From Octopus sinensis (taxonomy: Eukaryota): DNA of 64,000 nucleotides. The DNA is taken from the NCBI RefSeq assembly GCF_006345805.1, contig NC_043002.1, positions 33,294,001-33,358,000 of the forward strand, read 5' to 3'. The position numbers and the translations under genes were made by a program. The notes beneath the pieces are model-generated. The model was not told where the DNA came from, ran no database searches, and was given only the letters and a program-made list of their open reading frames with translations. Numbering within the stretch: the stretch's first letter is position 1; the number at the start of each line of letters is the position of its first letter. Positions 39,552 to 50,784 of the stretch are shown piece by piece.

Positions 39552-39580
39552 TTATTATTTTGTTTATTATTTTGTTTCAG

Positions 39581-39717
39581 GACTTATTCTTTGTAAGCCT
39601 ATTACATAATCTATCAATCTCTTTCACCGAACTGCTAAGTTACGGGTACGTAAACACACCAACAACGGTTGTCGAGCGATGGTGGGGGACAAACATAAAC
39701 ACAAACACACTTATAAT

Positions 39718-39793
<76 letters not shown>

Positions 39794-39966
39794 TACGACA
39801 GGCTTCTTCTAGTTCCCGCCTACCAAATCCCCTCACAAACCTTTGGTCGGGCCAATGTTATAGTAGAGTACACTTGCCTAAGGTACCACGCAGTGGAACT
39901 GAACCTGGAACCATGTAGTTGGGAAGCAAGGGAAGCAAGCTTCTTATGACACAGCTACGCCTTCAC
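39581..39966 (-). mobile_element. SINE family A lacking its extreme tail
   Basis: GACTTATTCTTTGTAAGCC ... GAACCTGGAACCATGTAGTTGGGAAGCAAG. Confidence 0.8.
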
Positions 39967-39967
39967 C

Positions 39968-40250
39968 TATCTATAGGCCCTGCCTTACTTAACATTCTCC
40001 CGAAACAGATCAAAGAGGAAAAGGATCCCATTACCTTTAAACGGAATCTGGACAACTTTCTTCAAAGAATACCAGATAAGCCACCTGTACCTGGATACAA
40101 CGCACTCAACAAGAACTACCTACTCGAATGGAACATGATTCCACAAAATTTCACTTAAAAAGGATTTAGATAATCCTATCAGGCGGTGCTGTTAAGTTAG
40201 ACATAACCTGCACCAATCTTTGGTCGAAACATATCCAAGTTTATCTAAGT
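39968..40250 (+). mobile_element. 3' end of a CR1-clade LINE (last about 60 codons plus 3' UTR)
   Basis: GPALLNILPKQIKEEKDPITFKRNLDNFLQRIPDKPPVPGY matches the CR1-type terminus GP.LFN.LP......FK..LD.FL..IPD.P..PGY; ends in AAGTTTATCT repeats. Confidence 0.7.
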
Positions 40251-40255
40251 TTATC

Positions 40256-40413
40256 TATATATAGTTGAAATTTACAGAAAAACAAAAGACGAAGACAGGT
40301 GTATAAACAAAGAGCAGGTGTATTAGTTTGACATTCGGGAACGAGAGATAATATTTTACGTTTCGAGCTTACGCTCTTAAACAGAAAGGAACACGAGGAA
40401 TTAGACACACAAA

Positions 40414-40415
<2 letters not shown>
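40256..40415 (-). mobile_element. Penelope-like family F fragment, diverged
   Basis: AAAAGACGAAGACAGGTG and TTTACGTTTCGAGCTTACGCTCTT are the reverse complement of 21001-21185 and 43440-43648. Confidence 0.65.
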
Positions 40416-40449
<34 letters not shown>

Positions 40450-40457
<8 letters not shown>

Positions 40458-40824
40458 AGTGAATTGAAGAAATGGAGTTGAACGAAGATTGAACAGAAAT
40501 CGTTTTATTGCATTCTACACGTGTTTCGAAAGCCACAATTTACCAAATTCCGATTGAATAAGGAGACCATATTGTGTCTTTCTCTTCAGGAAGAAATAGG
40601 AATTCCGTTGGCAAAAACAAAAACAGAACAGAGGCGCAGCAAAACAAATCGAACGAGGCTCCTAAGAGCCCATGGCCAAACTCTTAAGAGAGAAAGACAC
40701 AATATGGTCTCCTTATTCAATCGGAATTTGGTAAATTGTGGCTTTCGAAACACGTGTAGAATGCAATAAAACGATTTCTGTTCAATCTTCGTTCAACTCC
40801 ATTTCTTCAATTCACTAATAATAT
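40450..40824. repeat. Perfect 136-bp inverted repeat (40450-40585 / 40689-40824), 103-bp spacer
   Basis: Base-by-base reverse-complement comparison by eye. Confidence 0.9.
40513..40592 (-). ncRNA. Type I hammerhead ribozyme fold with long stem II
   Basis: TTC-CTGAAGA-GAAAGACACAAT[31 nt]ATTGTGGCTTTC-GAA-ACACGTGT-A-GAA; stem II 11 bp with 1 mismatch, palindromic stem III, GUA site. Confidence 0.7.
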
Positions 40825-40973
40825 TAAAATTCAATTATCCGCACCAACGCACGGTTGCAACACCATATGGTTGTACCTCCAACCGTGCTGTCTTCTGCTG
40901 TGATTTTTGCTACCAAGGTATCGGTTAAACTTTTGATTAATCTGCAACAAGATTATTCATCTTTCTATTTCAC

Positions 40974-41027
<54 letters not shown>

Positions 41028-41286
41028 GCATATATATACATACACACACACATATATATATATATATTATACACAAACACACATATATATATCTAAGGCG
41101 CCTTATTTGCCTTATAAATCCTGGGTAAATTTCCAATTTAACCCCCGCACACACTTAGTATTCAATTGCAATATTGCCATGCAATAGTAGGCAGTTGGTT
41201 AAACATACGTAGATACACATCCAGTAGTATACTGGATATTTGATATCACTTAGAAAGTTTATTAAGCTCTAACTCATACAGACATT

Positions 41287-41372
<86 letters not shown>

Positions 41373-41502
41373 CTACATAGATATGCAAAGTAAAAGTTAT
41401 GCAAAGCTGATGTGGTATAATTAAGATGTAATTGTTTTCATGCTTTTCAAAGGTAAGATTCAGTTGATATTAATTTGCAGGTGCGTTTTTCTTTTAGGTG
41501 TG

Positions 41503-41830
41503 TCAGTCATTTGACTGCGGCCGAGCTGGGACATCGGCTTGAAACTTTAGTCGAATGTACCTGGTACTTATTATATCGGTCTCTTTTGGCGAAGCGTTAA
41601 GTCACGGAGACGTAAACACACCAGCACCGCTTACCCAGTGGCGGTGGGGGTGGGGTGGGGGGGCAAACACATACACAGAGCCAGATACTTATTCTATCGA
41701 TCTCTTTTGCCGATGCGTTAAGTTACGGAGACGTAAACACACCAGCACCGGTTGCCCAGCGGCGGTGGGAGACAAACACAGACACAAAAATACACATACA
41801 CACAAGCATGCGCACATGCACACACACGTC
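41503..41830 (-). mobile_element. SINE family A 3' half with an internal tandem duplication of about 120 bp
   Basis: ACTTATT.TATCG.TCTCTTTTG.CGA.GCGTTAAGT.ACGGAGACGTAAACACACCAGCACCG at about 41566 and 41687. Confidence 0.8.
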
Positions 41831-42137
41831 TGTGTGTGTGTGTGTGTTTGTGTGTTTGTGTGTTTGTAATCAAAATTTTAGCTCTTTAAAACTTCGGAGT
41901 TGTCTACCCTTTCCTTGATTGGATTCTATCAACCATTGACATTGTACCTATGATGACCACTCATTACTATAATTGTAATTTTAATTATTTAGATTTTTGC
42001 TCTGCTCGCTACATAATAGTAACACTCACTGACTCAACAAATAATTAAAGCCTAATGTCATTCTCTGCACCAAATATTCCATGATCTTCACTTGTTACTA
42101 AACACCCAAGAGATAAGATGAACGATAAGCAAGCAAA

Positions 42138-42139
<2 letters not shown>

Positions 42140-42175
<36 letters not shown>

Positions 42176-42369
42176 AACATACACACACATACATACACAC
42201 ATACATACATATACATATAGATATACACAAATATACACATGCATACATACATACATACACCCACATACATACATACATACATGCATGCATACATACATAC
42301 ATACATACATACATACATACATACGTACATACATACATACATACATACATACATGCATGCATACATACA

Positions 42370-42401
<32 letters not shown>

Positions 42402-42745
42402 CACAAGCACATATATCATTGAAATTGTATCTAGTTTTCGTTAGCTTCCTCTTACTCCGCGTGCCATTCTCTATCTCATCTTATATCCATCTCTTCTTTC
42501 TTTCTTCCTTCCTTCCTTCCTTCCTTCCTCCTTTCTCTTTCCTTCCTTCCTTTCTTTCTTTCTTTCCTTCCTTCCTTCCTTTCTCTTTCCTTTCCCTTTC
42601 TCTTCCTTCTTTTTCCCTTCCTCCTTTTCTCCTTCCTTCCTTTCTTTCTTTCTTCCTTCCTTCCTTTCCTTCCTCCTTTCTCTTTCCTTCCTTCCTTTCT
42701 TTCTTTCTTCCTTCCTTCCTTTCTCTCTCACTCTCCCTCTCTCTC
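42140..42745. repeat. (CA)n/(TACA)n block and (TTCC/TTTC)n polypyrimidine block
   Basis: Direct read. Confidence 0.9.
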
Positions 42746-43135
42746 ACGTTTGTAGTGAAAAGGTCATTATAATGCAATTTAAGATGGAGTTATTTCTAGA
42801 TGTGAGCAAAAAAAAAAAAATATATACCAGTTTGCTCATTACTAGAGAAGTCCCTCACTGGAAGCTGCTGTTCTACGATTGAAGTGTCAAACTTCTCCCC
42901 TTGGCACTTCAGCTACCAAATTGAAAAACAATTAACAAGAAATACTTTCCATTTCATAAATCAACCTAACCTACTTCACTGGCAGATATTTCCAGCTCTA
43001 ACATAATATATTATTCCTATAAAAGATGGTAGTGAACTTTAGTAGTAATATTCATTGATTCCACCAGGAATTGGCGCCGTGGTACAATGCCAAAGTTAGA
43101 ATTTCGATTTAATGGTTCCAGATTTACAGGAAATA

Positions 43136-43246
43136 TCTACTGACTTTGCCTTTCATCCTTTCAGATACCAGTGGAACACTGGGATCGATGTAATCTGCTT
43201 ACCCACTGCCCCAAAATTGTTGGGTTTGTAACAAAATTTGAAACCA
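43136..43246 (+). mobile_element. SINE family B 3' half
   Basis: GACTTTGCCTTTCATCCTTTC ... CACTGGGATCGATGTAATCTGCTTACCC ... AAAATTTGAAACC. Confidence 0.75.
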
Positions 43247-43356
43247 ACTCCTAAATATTGCTAGTGTATGTATGTGTATGTATGTATGTATGTATGTATG
43301 TATGTATGTATGTATGTATGTATGTATGTATGTATGTATGTATGTATGTATGTATG

Positions 43357-43435
<79 letters not shown>

Positions 43436-43439
43436 CGCC

Positions 43440-43647
43440 CTGATAGATCGTTAGCCACTACACACATTTTTTCTCTCCTTTCTTATCTCCTTGTTTCTCT
43501 CCTTGTTTTTTCTGTGTCCCTTTCTGTAGAAGAGCGTAGGCTCGAAACGTAAATGACTTTTTCTATTCCTGAGCGTTATGCCAATACATCTGTTTGTTTT
43601 GTACACCACCTGTCTTCGTCTTTTGTTTTTTTTCGAAAACTCTCCCT

Positions 43648-43648
<1 letters not shown>
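43440..43648 (+). mobile_element. Penelope-like family F fragment between (TA)n tracts
   Basis: Homologous to 21001-21185; contains CTGTAGAAGAGCGTAGGCTCGAAACGTA. Confidence 0.7.
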
Positions 43649-43681
<33 letters not shown>

Positions 43682-43822
43682 CATATACATACATACACAC
43701 ATACATACACTAGCAATATTCAGGAGTTGTAGCAACATAATGAGTGAATTTACTCAGGGATGCCATTGCCATGAAATACAATAGTTGGGTGTTAACACAT
43801 TCTTGCTTTCTTTTTTTAACCG

Positions 43823-44114
43823 GCACTCCGTCGGTTACGAATACGAGGGTTCCAGTTGATCCGATCAACGCAACAGTGTGCTCGTGAAATTAACGGGGAA
43901 GTGGCTGATCACTCCACAGACACGCATACCTTTAACTTAGTTCTCAGGGAGATTCAGCATGACACAGAATGCGACAAGGCTGGCCCTTAGAAATACAGCT
44001 ACGTGAAATAAAATGTCTTGCTCAAGCACACAACGCGCTGCTGTGAATCGAACTCACGCACGACTTTACAATCGCAAGTCGGATACCCTAATCACAAAAT
44101 CACGCGCCTTCACC
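43823..44114 (-). mobile_element. SINE family E variant (same tail, different middle)
   Basis: Tail GCACTCCGTCGGTTACGA shared with 57002 and 63635 copies; middle TGTCTTGCTCAAGCACACAACGCG differs. Confidence 0.75.
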
Positions 44115-44366
44115 TCCCTTCACTCTTATGGAAAATGTTTTGTCTTTTCAGGCAACAAATTCTAGGACTTATATTCTTTAACCTCAGACTCAGTGTATAC
44201 CATCTCAAACGTACATCAATGAAAGACAGCTGTGATCACTTTGCCAGCCAATGACAGAGCCTCTACAGAGTCATCTGGCCTGCTAGAAATAGTTGAGTAA
44301 TCACTCACAAATGACACCCAAAATTCTCTTTGAAAAAGCTACATTTGGTTATGTAATGCTTTATAT

Positions 44367-44401
<35 letters not shown>

Positions 44402-44766
44402 TAAAAAAAACAGTATAATCACAGTCGAAATGCCATTTATCATTGGCCTATTCGGTCAGTCTTCATGTGAACATCAACTGACTGGACTACATAGAAAATA
44501 CAACAATGGTTTTGTGAAAGTTACTGTTGTTCTTTTTTTGTTTTTTTTTTTGTGTGTATGGGGAAATTCTGATTAAGCATGTCTGCTATTGGAACAAGAA
44601 TGAGAAATAATGGTAGAAAAGATATTAAAACGAGTATAAGCAGGGGAAGAAAGTAGCGAATAGGGTAACACTTAGACCAGTGATAGTGGATGCTTAATGT
44701 AAGATACGATATTGAGAGGAAAACCAAAGCTGAAAATAGCATTTACTGAAAGCACATCTTTATATA

Positions 44767-44818
<52 letters not shown>

Positions 44819-45939
44819 ACAGCACATGACGTTTAAAATAGAAAGGTATGTGTCTTGAGATATATATAAGTGAGACAGAGAGATGGTCAGTCAGACAGAC
44901 AGGCAGGCAGGCAGACAGGAAGGCAGACAGACAGGCAGATAGATATATATGACTATTGTGTCAGTTACAGGAAATTTGTTATCAGTAATGATCTGATTCA
45001 TTTGTAGGACATTTATGACCGTTGTATAAGTGATGGACGATTATTATGACTATTCTGTCTATTATAATGCGTATAAGATTACTGTGTCAATATGACCAGT
45101 GTGTCTTGCGTGGAAAGCTTGTGATTGCTGTGAAAATTGTGGATAATATATGCATGATCTGTAACTTGCGTGAGAAGTATGATTGTGCGCTTATGGTAGG
45201 ATATATGCATGAGATATGAGTGACATGTGTGTGTGATATGTGCGTGTATTTGTGTGTATGACAGTGTTAGTTGGTGAATGTATATGACAAGTGTGTTTAT
45301 TATGCGATATATACCACCAGTGCGATGGTTGCTGGTAATATATGATTGCTGTGCTTGAAATCATTGTGTCAATGCCAAAAATCAATATCAAGGATTCTGT
45401 AAGTGCTGAAGAAATCATGCTGTGTACACATTATCGAGATGATATAAGTCAATATAATTATGTAATACTAATATAATTTGCATAACATTTCGAATAGCGT
45501 AATTCTCCAATATTCAGGTAAATAGGCAGCGATCTCGTTGAGAAAGTATTGTATTCTGAAATATACACAGTAGTATACAACCACAGAAATGATAGGGAAG
45601 CAATACAGTTAGTTGGTGGGAAAGCAATACAGTGTACAACAAAAATCACAACAGCTAACTGGACTGTAAAAATACAGCAAAATCATCAATTTAATAACGC
45701 TTAGGTTATGATTCTTTGACAGTTACTGGTGAGTACAAGTAAAGAAAAGCCTCAATAAATCAAAGAATAAGAGAATATGGGAGATGGAGAAAAACTAACA
45801 AAACATTGAATTTTGTGATTGTGGTTCTGAATGTTAATGGAGACATAGATTGCTGGACAGTTGAGTTCTAAATATGAGATTAGCAGAGTATCGGGTGGCA
45901 TGTATTGGCATGTATTAAAATAATTGAGACACCAACCTG

Positions 45940-46108
45940 ATCTATCTATCTACCTATCTATCTATCTATCTATCTATCTTCTATCTATCTATCTTCTATC
46001 TATCTATCTATCATCTATCTATCTATCTATCTATCTATCTATATCTATCTATCTATCTAATCTATCTATCTATCCATCTATCCATCTATCCATCCATCTA
46101 TCTATCTC

Positions 46109-46142
<34 letters not shown>

Positions 46143-46187
46143 CATCTATCCATCTATCTATCATCTATCTATCTATCTATCTATCTA

Positions 46188-46244
<57 letters not shown>
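45940..46244. repeat. (CTAT)n array at the 5' junction of the Tx1-like LINE
   Basis: Direct read. Confidence 0.95.
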
Positions 46245-46245
<1 letters not shown>

Positions 46246-47291
46246 AGGCACCGCGAGTGTCGCGTTGCTCTCAAGCAACTATGCCGTCCCGGGTCGACCT
46301 TGAGTGATTTCAACACAACCAAAGCCTTCTATAGGGAATTAGTGGAGGGGAGGTATGATGACGAGCTCGGGCGAACCTGGACGTCGACGAGGAATACTTG
46401 ATCCGCCTGTTCAGGACGACTTTCGGGCCAGGACCCATGGACAACTTCCAGAGATCCCTGGCCTGGCAGTGCTACCGAGAAGCGCTACCCGTTCGGGATA
46501 AGCTCTACAGACACAGCTCGAGAAACACAGATGCGGTCAGAGCGACGAAACCGCTCTGCACGCAATCGTGCAGTGTCCAACAATTTCCGACCTGTGGGCT
46601 TATGTCGAACGACTGCTGGCACGTGTGGGACGAGTCGGTTTATTAGCCGAGTCTATCGTCAATATTGTCACGTCTCCTTCCTTCAAACGGGAAGGAAGAG
46701 CTATTTTCATCATTCTTGTGGCTATGGCAAAATAATGTATCTGGTGGACGCGTCTGAAAGGATTGGAGACAAACACTTTCCTCTCTGGTTAATCTCTCAA
46801 CTTCTTCAAGTATCACTTGAAAAGGAAAGTGAGAGTAGAGAGGCAAGTTTTGTCTAGCGAATGTTTCAAAAAAAGATGGGTGAATGTAGCAAGGATGGCA
46901 CGTATGAATGACGAAGCCACCTTGAGCATAATCCTATGAACCCGGAAAAATTTAAAACAGAGGGTTACCTACTTGCAAACAAATGTTTTAAAATGTGACA
47001 TTATTGATGAGGTTACCGTGGTCTTTTCCGTAGGCTTTCCTTTCCACGGATAAACTTTATCTGCTTCCTCCTTTACACTTTACATCATGACATTTCTGTG
47101 ATACACGATCCCTATTGGTAATTTTTTTTCCTTCCCTTCTTTTTGCTTTTCTCTTTCTTTGTTTTTCTTTCCCTTTTACGATACCTTTTGATCGAAAACC
47201 TACCCCACTTATTTTCCTCCCCAAAAAGAAAAGCTCTACTTTGTAATCTGTCCCGTATGTGTGCAGCCCTGTGTGGCTAATAAAGAAACAT
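46245..47291 (+). mobile_element. Tx1/L1-clade LINE 3' portion (zinc-knuckle region, ORF end, 3' UTR), 5'-truncated and broken
   Basis: SLAWQCYREALPVRDKL, RCGQSDETALHAIVQCP..DLW, AK*CIWWTRLK, KKRWV..IIL* (stop 46937-46939); ends AATAAAGAAACAT then CTAT repeats. Confidence 0.8.
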
Positions 47292-47349
47292 ATCAATCTA
47301 TCTATTCATCAATCTATCTATCTACCTACCTACCTATCTAAATTCACAA

Positions 47350-47403
<54 letters not shown>

Positions 47404-47942
47404 ATATATATATATGTATGTAGAAGGCTGAAAAGTAACGCACGAGTTGATATGTATAAGGAAAATAAGACAAGGTAGAAAATGCTAAAATAATTCCATC
47501 ATGAAGAACATTTTAGTACCGGCTTCAGCCTTTGCAACTTTTTCAACTTAGTGTAAAGCATGAAAAACAATTAAATTATGGAAAAATTAAATTAAATGTA
47601 TTTGAAATATATTTCCATAGTTTTCAAATGCAAGAGACATTTTCCTTTTTCTGTCTGTCTCTGTCTCTCTTTTTTACTCATGTATGTATGTATGTATGTA
47701 TGTATGTATGTATGTGTATGTATGTATGTATGTATGTATGTATGTATGCACGTATGTATGTATGTATGTATGTATGTATATATATGCATACATATATAGC
47801 ATTAGATGTACACTTAAGCCTATACTATCGCAATACAACAGTATTATAAAAGCCTTGGAGTGCCAAGGGAAGAAAAAAGACACTAAATTGACTTAGCTGG
47901 ATTGGACTTGAAATCTGTTTCTGCTAAACCAATTTAGCTTCT

Positions 47943-47993
<51 letters not shown>

Positions 47994-48152
47994 TGTTTCG
48001 AATTCGTGTGAATGTGTATAGAATATATATCAGTTGCATAAAGTTAAAACAATCTGGTTTGTACCTTTTTTATTATAGTATTACCATAATAAAAAAAAAA
48101 CGTGAAAACCAGAGTTTGTTTTAACTTTTCAACTTTTATATATGTACATACA

Positions 48153-48262
<110 letters not shown>

Positions 48263-48337
48263 ATAAGGGTAGAAATTGATATTAATCAATTAAAACCAGT
48301 GGCCTAGCATATTTTTTAAAAAATCTGACGATTAAAA

Positions 48338-48750
48338 ATTTTTTTGACATACAAAACTTAGAGCACTGACCACTAAAAGTGGACAGCCTGTATGCTAGAT
48401 ATAGACGTCAGAATCGCCATTTTCCACGAAGAATGTGTTCTCAAAAAAAATTCAGCAAAAAAATCAAAGCAAGACAAATGAAAATATACGAAATAAAAAA
48501 AAACGATTACCTATGTACTAATTAGTTTCACTTGTTAATATTTACGTATATGGATGCGTAAACATCTGCAAGGTCATCAGCATAGTCTGTCGTTTGCAAA
48601 ACACAATTTCCTGAACTAGATATAGAACGCTCGACCGAAATCTTGAGAACACATTCTTCGAGGAAAATGGCGATTTTGACGTCTATATCTAGCATACAGG
48701 CTGTCCACTTTTAGTGGTCAGTCCTCTAAATTTTGTATGTAAAAAAATTT
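48338..48750. mobile_element. Foldback/MITE-like element with about 107-bp inverted arms
   Basis: 48338-48444 is the reverse complement of 48643-48750 with about 5 differences. Confidence 0.75.
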
Positions 48751-48769
48751 GTAACTGCTGTAGTTAGAA

Positions 48770-49030
48770 TTGTTGAGCCCCAAGATGAAAATGCATCTCA
48801 AAGGTGGCCGTTTTAGCACCGTTGTCGAGATCCGGAGCGAATCAAAGAAGGTCCTCGATTCACTTACAGAAAACGATTTCCAAGAAGGGTTCCAAAAGTT
48901 GCAGGAACGCTGCGACCGGTGTATTGCTGTGCAAGGTGACTATTTCGAAGAAGATGATGATAAAACTTAGGTAGATAAGTTACATTTTATTAAACATAGC
49001 TAGTCCGGAATCTTTTTTAATACCACCCCG
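48770..49030 (+). pseudogene. Mariner transposase C-terminus and 3' TIR
   Basis: PKMKMHLKGGRFSTVVEI...FQEGFQKLQERCDRCIAVQGDYFE; ends TTTTTAATACCACCCCG|TA. Confidence 0.85.
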
Positions 49031-49737
49031 TAACTCTGAATAATGCAATATTAAAAATAACATTATGATCCATAGTAATCAGGCAGTGACCTTCACTGTC
49101 TTTTTAAGTATATGTTGGACTACATTATTATTTTTAGCGGATCCAGCGACCACATAAAGGATCTTCATTTGAATATTTAGTTGGGAGATGTCGTTATTTA
49201 GCCCTAGATAGGCTCTGATCAAGTAGACCTGTGATCAATAGAGCTCAAGCCGGAACCATCATGTTTTTATGTACGTAGAAACTCATAATCCAGCGTGTCC
49301 TTTCATTTTAAGATAGTATAGTCCAATTTGAGAAATATTCCTGTTATTATACGGCTGATGTTACACATGTTATCATATACATACCCATAGCATTAGAAAT
49401 TCATAACATTAAATATCCTTCCTTGGATCAGAAACTAAAACGAATGACATCAATAGAAGCTTTCCTGGAAGCAAACTAAGATGAAAGGATCTCGAAAAGA
49501 GGATTTGCATTACATAATAGATTCCGGGAGGAATTTCTGAAGAACATCCATTCGATCAATTTTCATGAATAAAGAGATGTAAGAAATGTAGCAGAAAACG
49601 TCAGTTTCTCAACGTTTTGCTTGCGAGCTATATGATATGTTGCTACACTGATAGCGTTCGGGTTCTCTGAACAGGAAATTAAGTTCAAACGATTACAGTG
49701 TACCGGAAACATAAAAAAAATAGTGACATCAGCAATA

Positions 49738-49780
<43 letters not shown>

Positions 49781-50124
49781 GGCGCCGGAGTGGCTGTGTG
49801 GTAAGTAGCTTGCTTACCAACCACAATGTTCCGGGTTCAGTTCCACTGCGTGGCATCTTGGGCAAGTGTCTTCTACTATAGCCTCGAGTCGAAAGAAGCC
49901 CGTCGTAATATGTATATGTATATATGTGTGTATTTGTGTTTGTGTGTCTGTGTTTGTCCCCCCAATATCGCTTGACAACCATAACTTAGCGGTTCGGCAA
50001 AAGAGACCGATAGAATAAGTACTAGGCTTACAAAGAATAAGTCCTGGGGTCGATTTTCTCGCCTAAAGGCGGTGCTCCAGTATGGCCGCAGTCAAATGAC
50101 TGAAACAAGTAAAAGAGTAAAAGA
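49781..50124 (+). mobile_element. SINE family A inserted in (CTA)n
   Basis: Full head and tail; CTA repeats on both sides. Confidence 0.9.
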
Positions 50125-50134
50125 CTACTACTAG

Positions 50135-50176
<42 letters not shown>

Positions 50177-50200
50177 ATCAACTACTACTACTACTACTAC

Positions 50201-50235
<35 letters not shown>

Positions 50236-50240
50236 TAATA

Positions 50241-50273
<33 letters not shown>

Positions 50274-50274
<1 letters not shown>

Positions 50275-50475
50275 TTTGGCACGAGTCCAGCAATTTCAGA
50301 GGAGAGGCTAAATTGATTACATAGACCCCAGTGCTCGACAGGTACTTATCAAGCCCGAAAGAATGACATGCAAAGTCGATCTCAGCTTAATTTGAAGCCA
50401 GAATGTAAAGTCGGTTGAAATTCCACTAAGCATTTTGTCCGACGTGCTAACGTTTCAGCCACCTCGTCGCCTTAT
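50274..50475 (-). mobile_element. SINE family B with (ATT)n tail
   Basis: CTAAGCATTTTGTCCGACGTGCTAACG and GCAAAGTCGATCTCAGC are the reverse complement of the family B head and core. Confidence 0.75.
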
Positions 50476-50627
50476 TACACAAAGATATTTCGCTAACTCC
50501 CCTCCACAAGCTTTCAGTCATACTGTAACATCACTTAACCTTCACTCATCCCAGGATACTGGGTGTGACTCGGCAAGTGTCTGTAACAAACATGCAGATT
50601 AAAAGTTTAAAAAAATAATAAAAATAA

Positions 50628-50778
<151 letters not shown>

Positions 50779-50784
50779 ATTGAA

